The position numbers were made by a program, and so were the translations under genes. A stretch of DNA of 64,000 nt. Origin: a virus. Its lineage: Duplodnaviria; Caudoviricetes. The notes below the pieces were generated by a model. It searched no databases. It was not told the DNA's origin and saw only the letters and a list, made by a program, of their open reading frames with translations. The stretch's first letter is position 1. The number at the start of each line of letters is the position of its first letter. The stretch spans positions 1 to 64,000 of IMG/VR virus record IMGVR_UViG_3300037247_001786; one strand, written 5' to 3'. Shown here in pieces: positions 45,099 to 54,147 of this stretch.

Positions 45099-46292
45099 TT
45101 ATCCCGTAGCAGGAGGGAAACTTTCCCATAAAGGTTTATTTTGGAAAGTCCATTGAGCAACCGCTACAGCATCGCTGTCTCCCATTACTTTACCAAGAAC
45201 ATCTGATAGCTTAACAACTGGTATGCCATTAACGCTCCACAATTTAATTACCATATTTAAAGATGGGCTATCTGCAAAGTCATTTGAAAAGTGAGTTCCT
45301 ATGCCAAATGAATATTTAATTTTACCTTCACAATATTTTGCTATTGCGATAGCTTTATCGACATCTAGTCCATCGCTAAATACAATGATTTTAGACATAG
45401 GGTCTATTCCCATTTTTTTATAATGGGCAATTGTCTTATCTGCGAAAGCAATCGGGCAACCGCTGTCATGTCGGACACCATCATAAAGCTTTGAAAGTCT
45501 CTTGTTAAAGTTATCAAAGAAGGCATCGCTTCCAAAAGTATCCGTAAGAGCAATACCCAAATCTGTATTGTAAACTCTAACCCAATTTTGCAAAGTATGA
45601 TAATTAGCATGTCTTAAACCTTCAAGAGCAGACATAGCCATAAATAGTTCGTGAGCCATCGTTCCAATAGGAGTTAGCCCATATTTCATAGCAAGATACA
45701 TATTGCTTGTACCTACTAATGTAGACTTTGGACAATATGGTCCTGTAGAATTTAGTCCGAGAAGTGCGGTTTCTTGACTTTTAAAACTGCGTCTTCTCCG
45801 GGTCGCAAAGCCAGCATAATTACAATTATGTGCAGCAAGTATTGTTCCTTTTTCAAAAGCTCTGGCAGCTTGACCATCATAATTCCAATTAGTATCAATG
45901 ATTTGAAAATACAATTCACTGATTATTGCCATAAGGGGGACTTCCCAAAGGATTGTATCTCTCCATAATCCATTAATCTTTACAACCAAATCATTATCCT
46001 CTAAATGACATTCTACATCATTCGGATTATAACGAAAGTTTTTTAGATATTCCGCATAAGATGGTTTAAAAAAAGAAATACTCTTAATCCAATTATATTC
46101 ATTATCTGTTAATGACAGTTGTCCCATCATCATTATTTCTTGTTTTAATCGCTTTAACAATTCTACATTAAATCTTTGTTTCCCCCGATTTTTAAACCGA
46201 TATTCAACCTGAGCATCTGGGAACAGTTCAACCACAAATTGCATCATACTCATTTTATAAAGATCATTATCTAACATACTTTCAATTATCAT
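45099..46292 (-). CDS. pncB: Nicotinate phosphoribosyltransferase
   Basis: LDNDLYKMSM, WEVPLMAIISE, FATRRRRS, GTSN, GTMAHE, ALTDT, GVRHDSG, VFSDGL, GIGT, KLSD..GK. Confidence 0.95.
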   Translation of the reverse strand: MIIESMLDNDLYKMSMMQFVVELFPDAQVEYRFKNRGKQRFNVELLKRLKQEIMMMGQLSLTDNEYNWIKSISFFKPSYAEYLKNFRYNPNDVECHLEDNDLVVKINGLWRDTILWEVPLMAIISELYFQIIDTNWNYDGQAARAFEKGTILAAHNCNYAGFATRRRRSFKSQETALLGLNSTGPYCPKSTLVGTSNMYLAMKYGLTPIGTMAHELFMAMSALEGLRHANYHTLQNWVRVYNTDLGIALTDTFGSDAFFDNFNKRLSKLYDGVRHDSGCPIAFADKTIAHYKKMGIDPMSKIIVFSDGLDVDKAIAIAKYCEGKIKYSFGIGTHFSNDFADSPSLNMVIKLWSVNGIPVVKLSDVLGKVMGDSDAVAVAQWTFQNKPLWESFPPATG

Positions 46293-47041
46293 TCTGACAT
46301 CCTTTCTATTGTCCAGCCTTTGTGGTGGACCCTGTCACCTTTTAAAACTTTCATTAAATTAGCTGATGTTAAATTATTTTTTTCGCAAAATACCGTTAAT
46401 CCATTTGTCGTTATATGCGTTTGACCGTTAGGGTCGGTTAGTTTATATTTTTTAATATTTATTTTACCTTTCGAGGTTTTGCTCATTTTTAGTTTTGTTT
46501 CAGCCGTCGTTATTCTTTTTTTTCTAGCAATACTTAACTTGTTTTTATGTTCATTAGAGAACCTGATGCCCTTTTTAGCCTCGCTCATTTTTCGCTTTGT
46601 TTCTTTTGAATGAGACCCCCAAGAAACACCTTTTTTAGAATTAGCCATATTCTGGTTCCAATCGGTTGTCTCCCTCAATTTTTTTCTATATTTTAAAATC
46701 TGCTCTCTATTTGGATTATCAGTAAGAGTATCTCCTCCGTCTCCTCCATCAGTTAAATTAGTTAGCTGATACCCATCTTTTCTTAACTTTTCAATATAGT
46801 ATATTTCTCTATCATCGAGCAGATCCATTTCAATGTTTTCTTCGATTATAACAATAATCTCATCAATTGTCAAACCTGTTTTCAATATTTTTCGTAATTT
46901 ATTATATTTGTATAAACTGTTCCCTTTTTTACATTCTAAAAGATGGGCTTTTGTTCTCTTTTTTAAATCTATTGTCTTGCCAATATAAAAAGGTTTTTTA
47001 TCTTTATCTACGAATATGTATATTAAGCCGTTTTTTTTCAT
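46289..47041 (-). CDS. GIY-YIG homing endonuclease with NUMOD3-like repeats
   Basis: LIYIF...FYIGKT...R...H; E..YI; NLTDGGDG; HSKETKRKMSEAKKG. Confidence 0.85.
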   Translation of the reverse strand: MKKNGLIYIFVDKDKKPFYIGKTIDLKKRTKAHLLECKKGNSLYKYNKLRKILKTGLTIDEIIVIIEENIEMDLLDDREIYYIEKLRKDGYQLTNLTDGGDGGDTLTDNPNREQILKYRKKLRETTDWNQNMANSKKGVSWGSHSKETKRKMSEAKKGIRFSNEHKNKLSIARKKRITTAETKLKMSKTSKGKINIKKYKLTDPNGQTHITTNGLTVFCEKNNLTSANLMKVLKGDRVHHKGWTIERMSE

Positions 47042-47146
47042 GAATAACTCCTATAATTGAAATATTCTATATCTATATTTCAATTTATATAGGTTGTTAT
47101 CCTTTATTTTTTATACAAATCATTATCATAATAACTATTAAACAGT

Positions 47147-47174
47147 ATCTTATCATATATAAAATCACTTTCAA
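47147..47174 (-). promoter_or_regulatory. Sigma70-type promoter for GIY-YIG/pncB
   Basis: TTGAAA gtgattttatatatga TAAGAT. Confidence 0.6.
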
Positions 47175-47261
47175 CAAAAATCTCTTATTTTTTGGCAAAG
47201 TGATTAAGTTATTGATATAATAGATATTGTTATGTAATCTAATTCCTTATGAGGAGGGAAA

Positions 47262-48107
47262 ATGAAAAAACAAAAAATTAATCATCTGCCATTATGGAAA
47301 AAATTTCAATCAGCTAAAACTGATAAAATGAAACATACATTAAGGAACGAGTTGATAGAGAAATACTATCCATTAGTTAAAAAAATAGCCTACAGCTTAT
47401 CTCTAAAGCTCAATTGGAAAGTCTCCCCTGATGAATTAACATCTTTCGGAGTAGACGGATTATATATTGCTATTGGTAAATTTGATATTCATAGGGGAGT
47501 TAAATTCGAAAATTATGCTTTTCCTAGAATTCATGGGTCTATGGTTGATAATATGAGAAAAGAAGATATTATTCCCAGGTCTGTTCGATTAAACCATTCT
47601 CAATTTGAAAAAACACGTTCGAAATTAGAATCTGAAAAAGGTAGACTAATTACAGATATTGAAGTTGCTAAAGAAATGGGACTTTCAGTATCGGAATATA
47701 ACAAAAATATTAAAAAATATCATCCTACACGGTTTTCCAGTTTAGAAGGATCTGATATGTCTTCTGACAGTGATGTAGAAATGTTTAAACAAGATTTTAA
47801 TTCAAGCTTAATCTCAAATAATACTCCTACTCCAGAAAGCACTATTATTCGTAAAGAATTTTTTAATAAGCTTTTAGGCAAGGGATTTAACTCGACAGAA
47901 AGAATGATTGTTTATTTGTATTATTATAGAAACTTCACAATGGACAAAATAGCTGAAAAATTGAAAATATCAGAATCGAGAGTGAGTCAAATACATAAGA
48001 AATTGCTTCCTAGAATGAAAGATAAGATAGAAAGGAATCCAAATTATTTTTCTAAACATATTGGTAATTTTATTGAAGAAGGGAATAATAATAATTTACT
48101 TTTTTAA
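47262..48107 (+). CDS. RNA polymerase sigma factor, FliA/WhiG (sigma28)-like
   Basis: RNELIEKYYPLV, GVDGL..AIGKFD..RGVKFENYA.PRIHGSMVD..RK.D.IPRS, region 4 YYY...TM..IA..L.ISESRVSQIH. Confidence 0.9.
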   Translation: MKKQKINHLPLWKKFQSAKTDKMKHTLRNELIEKYYPLVKKIAYSLSLKLNWKVSPDELTSFGVDGLYIAIGKFDIHRGVKFENYAFPRIHGSMVDNMRKEDIIPRSVRLNHSQFEKTRSKLESEKGRLITDIEVAKEMGLSVSEYNKNIKKYHPTRFSSLEGSDMSSDSDVEMFKQDFNSSLISNNTPTPESTIIRKEFFNKLLGKGFNSTERMIVYLYYYRNFTMDKIAEKLKISESRVSQIHKKLLPRMKDKIERNPNYFSKHIGNFIEEGNNNNLLF

Positions 48108-48168
48108 AATAATTTTCATAGGATATATTATACCAAAAAAGTAATCACTTTTTGAATGAGGAGGTAAA

Positions 48169-48687
48169 GTGGTAGAAGAAATAAAAATTATACTTGGAGA
48201 TATAGCATATCCTAAGTCAGAAGCAATGATAATCCCAGGAAATACAGTAGGGTTAATGACAAGAGGCGTAGCTTTAAGAATACTGAAAGATAGCTTAGGA
48301 TCTGTGCGTAAGGAAGCTAGGAAGGTAGCTAAAGAGCAGTCCCCCGAACTGGGAGAATGCTTTAGGACTGTTCCAGGAAGGCTCAAGAGAAGAGGTCTCA
48401 AAAATATGTATCATGCGGTGATTAAACGTTTCCCCAATGATATGACGACAATAAAAATAGTAGCAGATAGTCTAGAGTATTCTTTTAAAAAAGCGATAGA
48501 AGATCAAAATAAATCTATATCTGTGTGCGGAATAGGTATTGAAGAGGGAGATTTAGAAAAAATTGTGGTAGCGAGAATATTATTGTCGATATGTGAAAAG
48601 TATTCTAATAAGATAAGTATTAAAATTATTGACGAAGATAAAAGTTTTATTTTAGAGTTAGAAAAAGTAACAGGAGTTAAGAAATGA
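48169..48687 (+). CDS. Macro domain protein, degenerate
   Basis: IKIILGDI, GVA..I, GEC..T.PGRL, YHAV, SIS..GIG; the canonical NAAN/GGG/GTG motifs are altered. Confidence 0.7.
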   Translation: MVEEIKIILGDIAYPKSEAMIIPGNTVGLMTRGVALRILKDSLGSVRKEARKVAKEQSPELGECFRTVPGRLKRRGLKNMYHAVIKRFPNDMTTIKIVADSLEYSFKKAIEDQNKSISVCGIGIEEGDLEKIVVARILLSICEKYSNKISIKIIDEDKSFILELEKVTGVKK

Positions 48688-49013
48688 AGTCAAAAAAATA
48701 CTATTATCATGACGAAGAAAATGACTTATTAGAATATATAGATGGCACGGAAGATGGGGTCGTCGCTTCTTGGGTCAATCCTTATCTTACTTTATTTTTT
48801 CCTCATGGATGTGACGAACTGATTCCTAAGAACATTGTGGGTTTTCAAATAAACGGTCTTCGACGCATGATGCATAAAGCAGAAGAGCAAGCGGCTATTC
48901 CCCTTACTCCAAAACAACAGGGGCAAATAGACAAGATGTTGACAGAAATGGGTTGGGGACCCTCTATTAACGAAAACGGAGAAGAAGTCTGGGCAAAAGA
49001 AGATAAGGAGTAG
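48684..49013 (+). CDS. Hypothetical protein
   Basis: Overlaps the macro gene stop (ATGA). Confidence 0.65.
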   Translation: MKSKKYYYHDEENDLLEYIDGTEDGVVASWVNPYLTLFFPHGCDELIPKNIVGFQINGLRRMMHKAEEQAAIPLTPKQQGQIDKMLTEMGWGPSINENGEEVWAKEDKE

Positions 49014-49016
49014 AAA

Positions 49017-49592
49017 ATGGATATATTTAAAAAACCAATATTAGTATTGAATAAAATATGGATACCGATAAGAGTTATAACCTCTATGAGAGCTTTCAAA
49101 TTATTATTTGCGGGAAAAGCTTTCGTTGTCAATCCTGTAGATTACTCAATATATTCTTGGGAAGAATGGGTTAAAGTACCAGCTAAAGAAGGGGATGTAA
49201 CTATCAGCACTACACGTGCAGATATAATATTACCAGAAGTTATTGCGTTATCTCATTATGATAAGTTGCCTAAGAAAGGAATGAAATTAACTAAAAAGAA
49301 TCTTTTCATTAGAGACTCTTACACTTGCCAATATACAGGCGATACAGTAAGCACTAAAAATGCTGATATAGATCATGTAATACCTAAATCAAGAGGCGGA
49401 AAAACAAGCTGGGAAAATCTTGTTGTCTGCTCTAAAAATATTAATAGAAGAAAAGCAAATAAAACCCCTCAAGAAGCAGGCTTGAGATTACTTAAGAAAC
49501 CGACTAAGCCAAGTCCACAAGTAATTTTTATAGATCCACGTATGGATATGCCTAAATCATGGAAGAACTTTATTGCAAAACAGAAATCTTAG
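49017..49592 (+). CDS. HNH endonuclease (McrA-like)
   Basis: LVLN; RDSYTCQY; IDHVIPKSRGG..SWENLV.C...N..KAN.TP.EAG. Confidence 0.9.
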   Translation: MDIFKKPILVLNKIWIPIRVITSMRAFKLLFAGKAFVVNPVDYSIYSWEEWVKVPAKEGDVTISTTRADIILPEVIALSHYDKLPKKGMKLTKKNLFIRDSYTCQYTGDTVSTKNADIDHVIPKSRGGKTSWENLVVCSKNINRRKANKTPQEAGLRLLKKPTKPSPQVIFIDPRMDMPKSWKNFIAKQKS

Positions 49593-49624
49593 ACAAACTA
49601 GGAATTGAGGAGAAAGTATAAAAG

Positions 49625-52600
49625 ATGACAGAGAGCAGAATAACGTACAGTTACGAAGAGGCATTTGAAGAAAGTAAAAATTATTTTAACGGTGATGAAC
49701 TTGCTGCAAAAGTATTTTTAGATAAATATGCATTACGAAACGATAAATTAGAATTATTAGAGCCGACACCCAATGAGATGTTTCATAGGATTGCGACCGA
49801 GTTAGCACGAATTGAAAAGAAGAAATTCAAAAAACCTATGACGTATGACGAGATAATGTCATATATTAAAGACTTTAAACGAATTATTCCTCAAGGGTCT
49901 CCGATGGCAGGTATCGGGAATCCTTATCAATTTGTAACTATTTCTAATTGTTATGTAGTAGAATCGCCAGTAGATAGTTATGCTGGTATCATGAAGACGG
50001 ATGAAGAAATCGTTCAAATATCAAAACGTCGAGGTGGCGTAGGAACCGATATTTCTCATCTAAGACCAAATGGGACCCCAACTACTAATGCCGCCCGAAC
50101 TTCTACTGGTATTATTCCTTTTATGGAACGCTACTCTAATACAATTCGAGAAGTGGGGCAATGTTTATACGAAGACACGCTCGTACTAACTACCTCTGGA
50201 CTTAAATTGATATCAGAAGTTAAAGAAGGAGACAAGGTATGGACGCAAGAGTCCTGGGTAAGTGTTAATAAAATTGTAACGAATTCGAAACCCTGTATCA
50301 AAATCAAAACAAAACATGGGAAAGAAATTATATGTAGTAAAGAACATATTTTTCATACAACTGATGGAGAAAAAAAATCTATCGACTTTAAAGTAGGAGA
50401 TGAGATTACACAGATTGTCGGAAGAGGATGGAGTGGGAAGGATGTTCGTCTTAACTATAACGGCTATAGTAAAGATGAATATAATAATTCAAATAGATTA
50501 AACGAAAAAATATCTCTTCCAGATATTTTGGATGAAAAATTGTCTTATGTGCTTGGCTATAGCTATGGAGACGGCTCTGTCGAAAGACAATTAAATGGTA
50601 AAAATAACTGCCTCTCCTTGTCTTGCTCTGACGATTGGCAGGACATTAAGACCAAATTATCCAAAAATATTAAAGATACTTTTAATTATGATGTGAAAAT
50701 AAAAAGCCACGACGAAGCATGTGAAAGTTTAAGACTATTCTCTAGATTAATATTAGACTTCTTAGAGAGTAATGATGTTTTAAAACAAAAAGCAGGAAAT
50801 TTAATTTTTCCCGAAAAACTATTAGAAGCAAAGCAAGATATAATTTTTTCATTTTTGTCAGGATACTTCGATGCAGATGGATGTGCTCAAAAATCTAAAA
50901 AAGTTTATAAGATAGCATCTATTGACGATAATTTCCTTTTGATTATACAAAATATTTTATCAGCATTTGGCATCGTAAGTAAAATTCATAAATATAATCG
51001 CCCACAAGATAAATGGCAAGATATTTATTCATTATCTATTAACGGTCAGAAATCCCAAAAAATATTTAAACAACTGATGTCTCAAAGTGTAAAGATAAGC
51101 AATACTACCATTGGAGATAAAATTAGAGATTTTACAAGAAGTATTTACAAAACTGCTGATTTTGAGACTAATTCGAGTAGACACTCTTACATTATAGATA
51201 ATAATCAGTACATATCGTATTCCACTTGCGATAGGCTAAAAGAGGATTTGGACTCGAATAAAAACATATTTTTATTACAAGATGAAGTGTGTTCAATAGA
51301 GGAATACTCTGACGGCGAAAAACAAAATGTTTATGATTTATGTCTCGACTCTGAACATTTATTTTTTGCTAATGGACTGTATGCCCATAATTCTGGCAGA
51401 AGAGGAGCATTAATGCTCACCTGTTCTATCCATCATCCAGAAATTCTTAACTTCGCTAACTCAAAAAGAGATTTAACCAAAGTAACTGGGGCGAACATCT
51501 CCATTCGTCTTTCTGACGAGTTTCTTCAAGCAGTAAAAGATGGAAAAGAATACGAAATGCGTTGGCCTGTAGATTCTAAAGAACCAGAAGTATCAGAAAT
51601 GATTGATGCTCGTACAGTTTGGATGAAAATAGTAGAAAACGCTCATGCAACTGCTGAGCCAGGTCTTTTGTTTTGGGATAATATTATAAATGAATCTCCA
51701 GCAGACTGCTATGCGGACTTTGGGTATAAGACGACATCGACGAACCCCTGTGGTGAGCTGCCTCTATGTCCTTATGATAGTTGTAGACTTCTACTTCTGA
51801 ATCTTTTGACATATGTTAAGAATCCATATACAAGTAAAGCATATTTTGATTATGACGGATTTTACGCTGATGCTCAAATAGCTCAACGTTTCATGGATAA
51901 CTTAATTGATATCGAAATAGAGATGATTGAAAGAATTATCGCGAAAATTAAAAAAGACCCAGAAAGTACTGGCGTTAAATCAAGAGAGCTTGAACTATGG
52001 AAGAAGATGAAAGATGCTTGTGCTAATGGCAGAAGAACCGGGACGGGTATTACGGCTCTTGGGGACACATTAGCAGCATTAGGCTACAAGTATGGTTCTA
52101 ATAAAAGTATTGAAGTTACAGAAGAAATCTATAAGACTTTAAAACTTGGAGCTTACCGTTCTTCTGTAGATATGGCTAAAGAACTCGGTGCATTTAAAGT
52201 TTGGAATCACGAACTTGAAAAAAACCAAGCCTTCCTTAATCGCATTAAAGAAGAGCGTACTGATATATGGAACGATATGAAAAAGTATGGCCGTAGAAAT
52301 ATCGCCTGTTTAACAACCGCTCCTGCTGGCTCAGTCTCTATCTTGACTCAAACAACTTCTGGTATTGAACCATTATATATGATTAGTTTAGTAAGGCGTA
52401 AAAAAGTTAATCCAAATGATGAGGGAACCAGAGTTGACTATCGAGACCAAGCAGGTGATTGTTGGCAAGAATTTGAAGTTTATCATCCTCAAGTAGAAGT
52501 TTGGAAAAAAGTTACAGGTAAAACGGATATTAAGGAATCGCCTTGGTACGGATGTTGTGCTGAAGAAATTAATTGGCAAAATAGAGTTAAACTTCAAGCG

Positions 52601-53308
52601 AGTGCAAATAGGCATGTTGACCATTCTATTTCGTCAACTGTTAATTTACCAGAAGATGTTACCGTCGAAGAAGTAGCTAATATTTATCAAACAGCTTGGG
52701 AAGCAGGGACTAAAGGCATTACCGTTTATCGTAAGAATTGCAGAACTGGCGTTTTAGTTGAAAAGAAAACAGTTCAAGAAGAAATGATTCAATATCATGA
52801 CGCACCAAAGAGACCTAAAGAATTACCTTCTGATGTTTACCATGTGAGCGTTAAGGGACATCCTTATTTCGTTTTGGTAGGAACTCTCTATGGAGAACCT
52901 TACGAGATTTTTGCGGGAGACGATAAAGATAATAGAATTTCGAAAGCAATTAGAAAAGGAATTATAAAAAAACATAAGAGAGGGAGGTACGGACTTTTTA
53001 ATCCGATAGACCCAGATAATGCTATCCATCCTGATATCTCAGCATATATCGGAGAAGAATACGAGACTATCACAAGATTAATTTCTTCTAATTTAAGACA
53101 TGGTTGTAATGTGGGTTTCGTTGTTCATCAATTAGAAAAAACTAAAGGTGATTTAATGTCATTTAGCAAGGCTGTTGCTAGGGTATTAAAAAAGTATATT
53201 AAAGATGGAGAGGCCGTCTCTGGAGAGGAATGTGCAGAGTGCGGTAGTAAGCTAATCCGTCAAGACGGTTGCATTTTATGTCCTTCCTGCGGTTTTTCCA
53301 AATGCTAA
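49625..53308 (+). CDS. nrdJ: Class II (adenosylcobalamin-dependent) ribonucleotide reductase with intein
   Basis: PQGSP, ISNC, GGVG, VGQ|SGRRGALM, TNPCGE, TAPAGS, TSGIEP, KGITVYR; C-terminal Zn ribbon CAECG...CPSCGFSKC. Confidence 0.93.
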   Translation: MTESRITYSYEEAFEESKNYFNGDELAAKVFLDKYALRNDKLELLEPTPNEMFHRIATELARIEKKKFKKPMTYDEIMSYIKDFKRIIPQGSPMAGIGNPYQFVTISNCYVVESPVDSYAGIMKTDEEIVQISKRRGGVGTDISHLRPNGTPTTNAARTSTGIIPFMERYSNTIREVGQCLYEDTLVLTTSGLKLISEVKEGDKVWTQESWVSVNKIVTNSKPCIKIKTKHGKEIICSKEHIFHTTDGEKKSIDFKVGDEITQIVGRGWSGKDVRLNYNGYSKDEYNNSNRLNEKISLPDILDEKLSYVLGYSYGDGSVERQLNGKNNCLSLSCSDDWQDIKTKLSKNIKDTFNYDVKIKSHDEACESLRLFSRLILDFLESNDVLKQKAGNLIFPEKLLEAKQDIIFSFLSGYFDADGCAQKSKKVYKIASIDDNFLLIIQNILSAFGIVSKIHKYNRPQDKWQDIYSLSINGQKSQKIFKQLMSQSVKISNTTIGDKIRDFTRSIYKTADFETNSSRHSYIIDNNQYISYSTCDRLKEDLDSNKNIFLLQDEVCSIEEYSDGEKQNVYDLCLDSEHLFFANGLYAHNSGRRGALMLTCSIHHPEILNFANSKRDLTKVTGANISIRLSDEFLQAVKDGKEYEMRWPVDSKEPEVSEMIDARTVWMKIVENAHATAEPGLLFWDNIINESPADCYADFGYKTTSTNPCGELPLCPYDSCRLLLLNLLTYVKNPYTSKAYFDYDGFYADAQIAQRFMDNLIDIEIEMIERIIAKIKKDPESTGVKSRELELWKKMKDACANGRRTGTGITALGDTLAALGYKYGSNKSIEVTEEIYKTLKLGAYRSSVDMAKELGAFKVWNHELEKNQAFLNRIKEERTDIWNDMKKYGRRNIACLTTAPAGSVSILTQTTSGIEPLYMISLVRRKKVNPNDEGTRVDYRDQAGDCWQEFEVYHPQVEVWKKVTGKTDIKESPWYGCCAEEINWQNRVKLQASANRHVDHSISSTVNLPEDVTVEEVANIYQTAWEAGTKGITVYRKNCRTGVLVEKKTVQEEMIQYHDAPKRPKELPSDVYHVSVKGHPYFVLVGTLYGEPYEIFAGDDKDNRISKAIRKGIIKKHKRGRYGLFNPIDPDNAIHPDISAYIGEEYETITRLISSNLRHGCNVGFVVHQLEKTKGDLMSFSKAVARVLKKYIKDGEAVSGEECAECGSKLIRQDGCILCPSCGFSKC
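50162..51391 (+). mobile_element. Intein (410 aa) with LAGLIDADG endonuclease
   Basis: Begins CLYEDTLV, ends VYDLCLDSEHLFFANGLYAHN, +1 Ser; motifs VLGYSYGDG and FLSGYFDADG. Confidence 0.93.
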
Positions 53309-53328
53309 AATAAGAACAATAGGAGATT

Positions 53329-53928
53329 ATGATGTCAATGTTTTTTGACAGATGGAAAGAAGAAACAGATTTAACGTATGTGCAAGAGGTTATTGCTCAT
53401 ATCAAATTTAAAACAATAGAATATTTTAAAAATAGGAGAAAAAGTATGACATGTAATTGTAGTAAGGAAGTAATATTAAAAATTAAGAAGACAGATGAAA
53501 AAGCAGTAATTCCTAAATATGCTCATAAGGGAGATGCAGGATTCGATTTCAGTGCTATCATATTTGAGAAAAGTTCTATGGGTGAATATATAGATGAAAT
53601 AACAGTTTCTCCAGGAGAGAAGTATATTGTCAATACTGGGCTGTCTATGGCTATACCTAGTGGCTATGAGCTACAGGTTCGCCCCAGGAGCGGTTTAGCA
53701 TATAAGCACGGTGTAACTGTTATAAATAGTCCAGGCACGATAGATTCAACTTACAGAGGTACTGTGATGGTCATCTTACTTAATACGGGTACGTCTCCTT
53801 TCAAGATAAAGACTGGAGACAGAATCGCTCAAGGAGTAGTTAATAAACTTCCAAGTGTAGGTATTGTAGAAGTGGAAGAGCTGGACGATACGGAACGAGG
53901 TAAAGATGGATTTGGGAGTACGGGATAA
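53329..53928 (+). CDS. dut: Trimeric dUTPase (alternative start MTCN at 53446)
   Basis: AGFD, RPRSGLA, GTIDSTYRG, RIAQ, RG..GFGSTG. Confidence 0.95.
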   Translation: MMSMFFDRWKEETDLTYVQEVIAHIKFKTIEYFKNRRKSMTCNCSKEVILKIKKTDEKAVIPKYAHKGDAGFDFSAIIFEKSSMGEYIDEITVSPGEKYIVNTGLSMAIPSGYELQVRPRSGLAYKHGVTVINSPGTIDSTYRGTVMVILLNTGTSPFKIKTGDRIAQGVVNKLPSVGIVEVEELDDTERGKDGFGSTG

Positions 53929-53951
53929 CTACTAAAATATATTTAGATTTT

Positions 53952-53987
53952 AAAAGAGCATTCTCTTCGGAGTTTGCTCTTTTTTTT
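53952..53987 (+). terminator. Rho-independent terminator after dut
   Basis: AAAAGAGCA...CTC-TTCG-GAG...TGCTCTTTTTTTT. Confidence 0.8.
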
Positions 53988-54147
53988 CGCGAAAATCCAA
54001 AATAGAGGATTTGTCGATATAAATACAATATTTTATTACTTCATAAGAGACTTCTGCTTTAGTGGTCTTTATTATCTTTTAGAGGTTTTTAAAATTAATT
54101 ATTGAAAACAAATGTATCAAAAATAATATAAAAAGGCATATTTATAG

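Noticed and set aside
42801-46292. Calling the NAD genes NARP1 or NARP2
   Set aside because: The PRTase has PncB (nicotinate) motifs and is accompanied by a deamidase and NadE; no ADPR-PP synthetase or Nampt/NadV-type gene was recognised in the window.
50162-51391. RNR intein as a novel finding, or as a group I intron
   Set aside because: It is in frame with canonical intein termini, and RNR is one of the commonest intein hosts.
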